Assembly (NCBI GenBank): GCA_963803145.1 | Contig: CAWDLW010000003.1 | Location: 1-15,708 of the forward strand | Direction of reading: 5' to 3' | Length of the DNA stretch: 15,708 bases | From: Methanotrichaceae archaeon | GTDB taxonomy: Archaea > Halobacteriota > Methanosarcinia > Methanotrichales > Methanotrichaceae | Shown: positions 1 to 6,487 of the stretch, piece by piece | Layout: the number at the start of each line of letters is the position of its first letter | Numbering within the stretch: the stretch's first letter is position 1 | Notes under the pieces: model-generated | Seen by the model: the letters and a program-made list of their open reading frames with translations, nothing else | Database searches by the model: none | Told to the model about the DNA's origin: nothing | Program-made: the position numbers and the translations under genes

Positions 1-450
1 GTGTATATCAGGGTTTTATTTACCTCATTGTACTTTGGCGAGGTCAGCTCTACCACGATCATATCATGATCTTCAGCCTCACCCTTGAGAAACACCACGG
101 CATTGGGTGGGTTGCTTCCGCCAAAGCAGAATCCACTGAGGAACTGATCCATCGGTACAAACCCGGCATTCTTGCAGGACGGTCCGAGAAGTAAATGGTA
201 TACGGAATCACTCCAGTGATGGTCAGGTGTAGTTGCCTGCCCCGTCCTTTACAAAAGTGCCGTTAGTTCCCTCCTGCAGAAAGAGTATACGTCATCCTAT
301 TCGTGTCGTCCACATTCGTAGCCGTCTTCGCGCCCGATGCCGTTGGTGCGGCTGTAGCTTTTTAGTATTGTTTTCGCCCATTGCCAATCCTGCAAACAGC
401 ATTGTCACAATGGCGACCAACACAAGCCCTCTAGTCATTTTTTTCTGCAT
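1..450 (-). pseudogene. Secreted hypothetical protein with multiple frameshifts (true pseudogene or homopolymer sequencing errors); runs off the window start
   Basis: ATG at 450 with signal peptide MQKKMTRGLVLVAIVTMLFAGLAMG. Joining frames gives KATAAPTASGAKTATNVDDT..ILFLQEGTNGTFVKDGAGNYT/LTITGVIPYTIYFSDRPAR/NAGFVPMDQFLSGFCFGGSNPPNAVVFLKGEAEDHDMIVVELTSPKYNEVNKTLIY. Frame breaks lie at ~359-363, ~286-297, ~226 and ~169. Not in the ORF track. Confidence 0.75.
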
Positions 451-824
451 ATCTATCCCTCAAATTATATAGTCAATCAATACAATATTCTAGCTCCTAA
501 AGATCGATACCAAACGGTTCATCTCTGCGATCAACCGATTTGTATAGATACTTCAGTTTTCAGACTATGGCTTCAAACGATCCAATCTACATCTTTTTAG
601 TATAAAAACTTTTTTGGTTTATGCTTTTTGACTTTACATATATTTCATATGTCATTGGTTAAGTCTATCAAAGTTCTTATGGCGTCCAATATAGTAATAA
701 TAGTATATAAGTATCATGATCAATTAGTTTTTTCGAAATCCTCTATAGTATTTCACCCAAAAATTGAAACCAATGATCTCTATGCACCGCTTGGTCTAAA
801 AGGAGTTAAGTGTAAATCATTAGG

Positions 825-3383
825 TTAAATCCCATATATTGTTGATAGATCATCTTCACATTCAGTGCAGGAACAATTGAACCCCCAATCGGGCGGCTTC
901 CATTCCGAGGGATAATTGCATTCAGGTAACTGATTGCCAGCTGTAATATTGCTCAGATTGCTACTTACATTCACATCTGACGATGTTGGTTCGGAACCAT
1001 CCACTGCATAGGCGTCAATGTGAGCCGTATTCACGAACGTCCCATTCGATTTCGATTGAGCTAAGAAATCTACAAATCGAGTCGTGCCAGGAGTTATATT
1101 CATCATTATCCAGCTTAGTTTATGTGTATTATTCTCAGTATTATATGTATCATTCTCATGCTCAACCGATGAGTTTAGGAATTTCAATCTGCCTGGCAAA
1201 AAGTCTGTAACCCTAGCTACAATAGTACCATTATTTTGGTTCTTGACAGCTATCCTATACATGATTATGCTTGGATCTACTGGATTGACTCTAGCGATCT
1301 TGTAGGCATGGATCAAAGGATTGTTGTGATGCGGCAAACTATACTCTATTGTCGAGAAGTTCTCTGCAACGATAAATCTGCCGTTATGCCAGCTGGAGAC
1401 GTTAACACGATTGACCAACTCATTCGTCTCTGCAATAAGGTTCAATTTCAAGTTTATTTTAATGGATTGGCCTACGTCTAAATAGTCGATCTTCCAATTA
1501 GCATTATCCGGGCCTATCCAAGAAGGTATCAGGGTTGAACTAATATATTGAGTCCCGGCAGGAAATACATCCTTTACGTAGATCGGCCCTAAATCGGTTC
1601 TGCCATCATTTATAACGATAATGCTGAATTTGGCTATGGTGATGTTCTTGGTCACATCCTTGACTAAACGGCCATCGTTCCTTACGTAGATATGCAGCGT
1701 ATCTGTCCTGTGACCGTTTATTATATTTAATTTCCGCTCTATTGAATATCCGCCCTCCTGTTCCTCTTCTAGACGGAAATTATTACTTTGGTCGTCCTGA
1801 TCTGCAAAAGTGACTTTGAACTGCTCCATCCCGGAATAGTTTTCTTGGCTCTTCAGCTGTCCGGGCCAGTCCTTTTGATCCCCGGGCAACTGAACTGTGA
1901 TCTTTTTTTCCAGGTATTCTGCATTGGATATCTCCTCGCTCATGGAGCTTTCATCCTTGACCTGGTCCAAAGTACCTTCACCCCATTTTGTAGAGATATT
2001 TGTCATCTTTCCTTGTCGATAGGAAAAACTGACCGGTAGGTATGTCGCCTGAAGGTCTTTGACCATATGATTTTCAGGATTTTCAGTAGTTTTGAATAGC
2101 TCATCGCTTTTGTATATGCCAGTGCCGTATTCGTAAATCCGCTGGCTATTCCCTATGCGCTTATCATTTGATACCAAACCAGTTCCCAAAACTGATCGAT
2201 CGGATTTAGCGTTAATACCGTTTGTATTGAACGTTCCATTGATACTGAAATTTCCTGCATAATCTTCGCTTGACTCAAATGACGGCTTGAACCGAATGGA
2301 TCGATCATGTTCATCCATCCTTAGTCGACCTACATAGCCTAAATGGGCCATACCGTTGAATTCTGAATCAGTTTTCAGAGCAGTGGCATTCCAGCTTACA
2401 TGCACTGAGTTATTTTTTGTTATGCTGTCAGCATATTTAAACGACTCTGTTGTTGATGCCCCAGTAGAAGTGATGCCAGTCCAAATGCCGTCGTACCACT
2501 TAGACGCATATTTCAGAGTCCTGGCTCCAGGCAGGTCAAGAGTGACTGGATTGGATTTGACATGTAAGCTGGAGCTGTATTGGATGGAACCGCTCTCAGG
2601 GTTTGTTATATCTGCTATATCATTGCTATCATAGCTGCCGCTGCCATGATCATATTTTTTTAACTCCGTTCCAGAATTCATCATCACAATCACGTCAGCA
2701 CATGCTGATGAATCGTAAATTCCATCTCCTGAGACATGGACACAGTTCTTTAAAGTATATGCCCCATCTTTCTGGGGCGTGGTGCCGTAACGGTTGTGAA
2801 TACTGGTGTATCCAATACCAGAAACCTCTGAAACTTCATTGAATTTGGTATCATAATTGGGCACACGTATGGTAAGTGTTATGGTGAAGCACTCATTATG
2901 CTTGAGTCTGCTTATATGCCATAGTCCATCTTTATTTGGTTCGGGAGATACGGAAATTAATTCCACCTTACTGTCTATGATATCCGTGCCGTCTATGATA
3001 TCCTCGCAGCCTATGACATCATTGTTGTCTAAGCTATCCTTGATTACAATATTGGTCACCGTCGAAGATCCAGGATTGTCTACATCGATCGTGTATTTAA
3101 CCTCGTCTCCAGGACAAATGATCGATCTAGAGGCTGTATTGTTGACCTCAAGCGGAGAAGGTGTAATCTCTAACTGATTGGAGGTGGATGTAAACGTACT
3201 GGAGGCAAACGTACAGCTGGAATATTGACTATTTGCTTCATTTATCTCAGATATAGTGCAGGCATTATTACTGGTATTAGTAGCGGTATTAGTACCGGTA
3301 TTCGCAACAGATGCATTGGCACAGGCAAACTGGATAATAAGAAAGAAGGCAGCTATAAGGAGCAGATGCCATGCCTTCGGCAT
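825..3383 (-). CDS. Large secreted/cell-surface protein with about three DUF11-like (conserved repeat, Ig-like) domains
   Basis: The ORF extends to 3461, but the signal peptide MPKAWHLLLIAAFFLIIQFACA points to ATG 3383 (852 aa). Thr/Asn-rich linker. DUF11-like motifs: PGDEVKYTIDVDNPGSSTVTNIVIKDSL, FSIIVINDGRTDLGPIYVKDVFPAGTQY and YRIAVKNQNNGTIVARVTDFLPGRLKF. Many N-x-S/T sequons and a Cys-rich C-terminus. Confidence 0.85.
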   Translation of the reverse strand: MPKAWHLLLIAAFFLIIQFACANASVANTGTNTATNTSNNACTISEINEANSQYSSCTFASSTFTSTSNQLEITPSPLEVNNTASRSIICPGDEVKYTIDVDNPGSSTVTNIVIKDSLDNNDVIGCEDIIDGTDIIDSKVELISVSPEPNKDGLWHISRLKHNECFTITLTIRVPNYDTKFNEVSEVSGIGYTSIHNRYGTTPQKDGAYTLKNCVHVSGDGIYDSSACADVIVMMNSGTELKKYDHGSGSYDSNDIADITNPESGSIQYSSSLHVKSNPVTLDLPGARTLKYASKWYDGIWTGITSTGASTTESFKYADSITKNNSVHVSWNATALKTDSEFNGMAHLGYVGRLRMDEHDRSIRFKPSFESSEDYAGNFSINGTFNTNGINAKSDRSVLGTGLVSNDKRIGNSQRIYEYGTGIYKSDELFKTTENPENHMVKDLQATYLPVSFSYRQGKMTNISTKWGEGTLDQVKDESSMSEEISNAEYLEKKITVQLPGDQKDWPGQLKSQENYSGMEQFKVTFADQDDQSNNFRLEEEQEGGYSIERKLNIINGHRTDTLHIYVRNDGRLVKDVTKNITIAKFSIIVINDGRTDLGPIYVKDVFPAGTQYISSTLIPSWIGPDNANWKIDYLDVGQSIKINLKLNLIAETNELVNRVNVSSWHNGRFIVAENFSTIEYSLPHHNNPLIHAYKIARVNPVDPSIIMYRIAVKNQNNGTIVARVTDFLPGRLKFLNSSVEHENDTYNTENNTHKLSWIMMNITPGTTRFVDFLAQSKSNGTFVNTAHIDAYAVDGSEPTSSDVNVSSNLSNITAGNQLPECNYPSEWKPPDWGFNCSCTECEDDLSTIYGI

Positions 3384-3937
3384 GGGCACGATTATCAAGA
3401 AGTCCTTGATATGTAGTCTTCCTTGAGGGATCATTCCCGAATTACTGCAATATATCAGCAAAGATAATTGCCTCTATTATTTTATCACATATATTAATTT
3501 GTTCTTGTTTTGGCATGCTCTAGATACTGCTTAGGCTCACAGAACCGCCGCCATCCTGCGCGCAGAGAACGAGACACCAACTGAATGGGTCTCAGGAAGA
3601 AAGAGCATGCATACAAATTGGGCCAGATATAATGCTAACTTAGACAGCGATATCCCTCCAATGGTTCCTCATCATTAATGACCTAGTATTAAATGTTTTC
3701 GCATACTGAATTAGTATTTTTTATCAGGTTTGCAGCTCAAGCTTCTGGTAAATACACATAATAAATAGAAGGCCGTTTTGATTATGTCGTGATGTGATTG
3801 ATGGTCTGCCTAGTGGAAATATAAGTTTGGTGGCACCTATATTATACGTACTTTTGAAGTATAGAAGGATCAACATGTATCTGGAATAAGTAAAATTATT
3901 TAGAAATATCATAACTTATTTATGGTCTACACGACCG

Positions 3938-3969
3938 TAATTTCTGATTTCCATTAAAATCAGAAATTA
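3938..3969. repeat. Perfect 13-bp inverted repeat with 6-nt spacer
   Basis: TAATTTCTGATTT-ccatta-AAATCAGAAATTA (arms 3938-3950 and 3957-3969). Confidence 0.9.
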
Positions 3970-4401
3970 ACCCATCTACTTTTCTAAATATAAATCGTTT
4001 TGTTTACAGGTTATATATGCTCATGAGAGGTAGTATGGGTTTACATTTTAGCGATGTCTTTCATAAGGTATCAGTTTCTCATTACAAACTAAACAGCTAT
4101 CTTCCCTAGAAACGATATAGTGTCTGCCACAAGATTTACAATAGCGTCTTGTTAGTCTAGATACGTTAAAATCGGCTTTAGTATTCATTCCAACCCTTTC
4201 CTTCATATAATTTTCTCGACCTAATATCGTCGATCACTATCGATATTTCGGCAGCATATGACCCAAATCGTTGACAACCACCCAAAAGTGATTATTGCAG
4301 ACCATATCGATACATCAATATCTGTCATTTCTTTCTCCGCATCGTTTTTCGTTTTTTAAACTCGTGGTTGGGTTCCTTTCTAGATGGCCGCAGGCTTATT
4401 T

Positions 4402-4677
4402 CTAAAACAATTCTGCTGGGCTTCTTGTTTGAGTTTGACTTAACCAGCTTTCGAAACGCTTTTGCATACGTGTCTTTTCGAGGATAACGATTCTGTTTCC
4501 GGAGATGCTCACCAAAAGCTCTTCGCCGCCATAAACACCCATCTTGGCAATCGACATAATCCTAAACACCAAATCTAATTCAGAGGTAATTTTATTAAAA
4601 CTCTTTTTTGAGATGAGGATCATATAACGTTCAGATGAATGCTTGTGGCGGCGTAGATATGCATAACTGGCATACAT
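4402..4677 (-). CDS. Small hypothetical protein, possibly AbrB/MazE/SpoVT-like
   Basis: 91-aa ORF with ATG preceded by GTGAGAG. The segment AKMGVYGGEELLVSISGNRIVILEK resembles the C-terminal half of swapped-hairpin (AbrB) domains. Confidence 0.4.
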   Translation of the reverse strand: MYASYAYLRRHKHSSERYMILISKKSFNKITSELDLVFRIMSIAKMGVYGGEELLVSISGNRIVILEKTRMQKRFESWLSQTQTRSPAELF

Positions 4678-4719
4678 CTCTCACTTTCGCCCGTGTTCTT
4701 TGTCCTCGTGGTGGACTGT

Positions 4720-4780
4720 GGCCGTCGCGGAAGCCAATTCTGCCTTTGCCAAGGCCAAGGGGCTTGGATATAAGGGCTGA
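4720..4780 (+). pseudogene. Orphan 3' fragment of a TPR-protein gene
   Basis: 4727-4780 translates AEANSAFAKAKGLGYKG*, matching the C-terminus of the downstream TPR protein (TDANAAFAKAKELGFTG*). There is no TPR-like sequence upstream in frame. Confidence 0.75.
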
Positions 4781-4984
4781 TCACGGCTTCTTTGAGGGCA
4801 TTACCTCATAGTAACTTTACTGGTAACCTTCAAGCTGCACTATTCTATACCTGGTCTATTGATGCCGGTTATGTATCTGCCCTCATGTGTGGGGGATGAG
4901 ATTCTCGCATATAGCGAAAGAGTTAACCACCCAAACCTTTTCGTTTAGATCCATCTATCCTTAGGTCAAGGAGAAGACGAGGCT

Positions 4985-5224
4985 ATGAACTTAATGGCCC
5001 TATGGATACAGCTGAAGTACTGGTACAGATACATAAAGATGCATCTAATTTACTGGTACAGATCCAAGGGGTCGCTAGAAAACGCCCTCTTTTCCACTAT
5101 CAAGATCCTCATGGCTGCCTTTATCTTAGTATCTTTGGCTTCTATTTTATATTGGATATATTCAGATAATAGTATCATTATACAGCCTTTTCAGACCCCT
5201 TCAAATCAAGGGTTGTGTATGTGA
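4985..5224 (+). pseudogene. N-terminal fragment (transmembrane anchor) of the TPR gene, truncated by the IS1-family insertion
   Basis: Hydrophobic helix ILMAAFILVSLASILYWIY, then ..IIIQPFQTPSNQ. The last codons (GLCM*) come from the IS end. After removing the IS plus one target copy, the frame continues as DYNGESLSNLLTLDLMRIKE into the 6488 ORF. Confidence 0.88.
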
Positions 5225-5225
5225 C

Positions 5226-5990
5226 CTATTGAAATGGGATCCTCCAAGTCATTAACTCCTTCATAGTCCAAATATGGTCGGTAATCAATTCAACCATCGC
5301 AGGCGTTTGAGGGATCCATTTTTTAGGATTCAGAGCGAATCCCACTTCTTCCATGTCAAGGTTTATCTCAATTTTTAAAGAATCATGCGGCTTAACGAAG
5401 TTGTACCAAGCTTGGAAAAAGTCTATTGCGCCGGTATGAATTTGCCTATCTTTACTAAAGTTCATAGACTCACGTATAAACCTGGCCAGATAATTCCTGA
5501 AAGTGAGATTCATTCGTTCGACGTAGGATGTCTGGATATGTTCTTTCGATGTTGGGCAAAGCAGTTCAAGCACATCTTTCGGGTCACCATATACAATCCG
5601 TTCAAATGTGTTAACCACTTCATCATTCTTTTTATTTTTCACAATTTGAGCATATTTAAGGTCAGGAGGAGGAACAAGTATAGGATTTGGTTTTCTGCCT
5701 AGTCCTTTGTATTCAGGCGTCTCCTTGACACCGTAGACTTCAAGGAGGGCATTGGAAAATGGATCCCAATCATCGGAAACGAATACCGGAAGAGGTGTGC
5801 CTGTCGCCCGTCTATGTTCTAAGTCACTAAATAAGGCAGTTGCATCTTCTATAGTTCGGCCACCTTCATGATGGCAGATTAGTAACCTTGATTCAGCATT
5901 TATTGCTGTCAGACTATATACGTCACCAACGTCTTTTGAGTCATAGCTACTTACATTTTTTTGTTTTTTTACAAAATGACCATATTTCAT
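5226..5990 (-). CDS. IS1-family transposase, catalytic (InsB-like, DDE) part
   Basis: Motifs FVSDDWDPF, LKYAQIVK, IQTSYVERMNLTFR, FSK, YNFVKPHDSL and TPAM..ITDHIWT. The stop lies inside the terminal inverted repeat. Probably expressed as a fusion with the upstream ORF. Confidence 0.88.
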   Translation of the reverse strand: MKYGHFVKKQKNVSSYDSKDVGDVYSLTAINAESRLLICHHEGGRTIEDATALFSDLEHRRATGTPLPVFVSDDWDPFSNALLEVYGVKETPEYKGLGRKPNPILVPPPDLKYAQIVKNKKNDEVVNTFERIVYGDPKDVLELLCPTSKEHIQTSYVERMNLTFRNYLARFIRESMNFSKDRQIHTGAIDFFQAWYNFVKPHDSLKIEINLDMEEVGFALNPKKWIPQTPAMVELITDHIWTMKELMTWRIPFQ

Positions 5991-6363
5991 CTATCTGCAC
6001 TTGTGTAAGATGAAGATGGTTCAGGAAGTAATCATTGACCTCTTTGCAATGATCCGCTGCCCTTTTGAGCCATCGGCAGATTGTATTTTTATCATGACCT
6101 GTAGATCTTGCAACACCACGAATACTGCCTTTTTCTACCAATTGGGCCAGGACATCTAAGACTTCCTCATCTGATGTGCTCAAACCGAAAAATATTGTTC
6201 CGCGAGTCTCGCTGAAACAATGACCACATGTTCTGCACTTCAAGAGCGCACGGTTGTTCTTTCCATAGTGATCTTTTATCACTATGTTGCCTTTATCGTT
6301 TATACCATAATCCTGGCAGCCTTCATGATGGCACCAGTAATCGGACAATGTAATATCAGACAT
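5947..6363 (-). CDS. IS1-family transposase, N-terminal (InsA-like zinc finger plus HTH) part
   Basis: CHHEGC..CRTCGHCF zinc ribbon, HTH SIRGVARSTGHDKNTICRWL, and QIDEIWSF (first catalytic Asp) just before an A7-C-A7 tract. Confidence 0.88.
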   Translation of the reverse strand: MSDITLSDYWCHHEGCQDYGINDKGNIVIKDHYGKNNRALLKCRTCGHCFSETRGTIFFGLSTSDEEVLDVLAQLVEKGSIRGVARSTGHDKNTICRWLKRAADHCKEVNDYFLNHLHLTQVQIDEIWSFCKKTKKCK

Positions 6364-6366
6364 TTT

Positions 6367-6394
6367 TGATACATCCCTTTTAAAGAATGTATCA
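6367..6394 (-). promoter_or_regulatory. Stem-loop covering the putative ribosome-binding site of the transposase
   Basis: TGATACAT (6367-6374) and ATGTATCA (6387-6394) form an inverted repeat. On the minus strand it encloses AAGGGA just upstream of ATG 6363. AT-rich TATA-like sequence lies at 6395-6409. Confidence 0.5.
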
Positions 6395-6487
6395 TTATAA
6401 ACATATAACTATTTCATCGGAACGCATACACGACCAAATCAAGATTACAACGGCGAATCCCTATCCAACCTGCTAACTTTAGATCTA

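Larger units (their letters stand above)
5211..6435 (-). mobile_element. IS1-family insertion sequence, 1225 bp
   Basis: Imperfect terminal inverted repeats GGTTGTGTATGTGACCTATTGAAAT (5211-5235) and GGTCGTGTATGCGTTCCGATGAAAT (reverse complement of 6411-6435), 18/25 identical. 8-bp target duplication AAATCAAG at 5203-5210 and 6436-6443. Two overlapping InsA/InsB-like ORFs. Confidence 0.93.

Noticed and set aside
233-828. ORFs 233-472 and 628-828 (+)
   Set aside because: The first is antisense to the frameshifted secreted gene. The second is an AT-rich intergenic ORF with a TTG start and no motif.
2973-3303. Short in-frame duplications in the DUF11 gene (DIIDG-T-DIIDS; NTGT/NTAT/NTS)
   Set aside because: Ordinary slippage in linker or loop regions with no further structure.
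983-3416. Several short plus-strand ORFs
   Set aside because: Antisense shadows of the DUF11 gene.
3724-3912. 62-aa minus-strand ORF as a transposase remnant
   Set aside because: No recognisable transposase motif; cannot be supported without a search.
4720-4780. Fragment as the template repeat of a diversity-generating retroelement targeting the TPR C-terminus
   Set aside because: Mismatches are not adenine-specific, they are mostly at third codon positions, and there is no reverse transcriptase in the window.
4276-4935. 11-bp direct repeat AACCACCCAAA at 4276 and 4925 as a target duplication
   Set aside because: No inverted ends inside the repeats; plausible by chance.
5018-5063. 13-bp direct repeat TACTGGTACAGAT with 33-bp period in the TPR N-terminus
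   Set aside because: Small in-frame duplication (YWYR twice) with no evidence of another role.
5947-5949. Amber (pyrrolysine) read-through of the InsA-like TAG
   Set aside because: The catalytic domain is in a different frame, so read-through would not produce the transposase.
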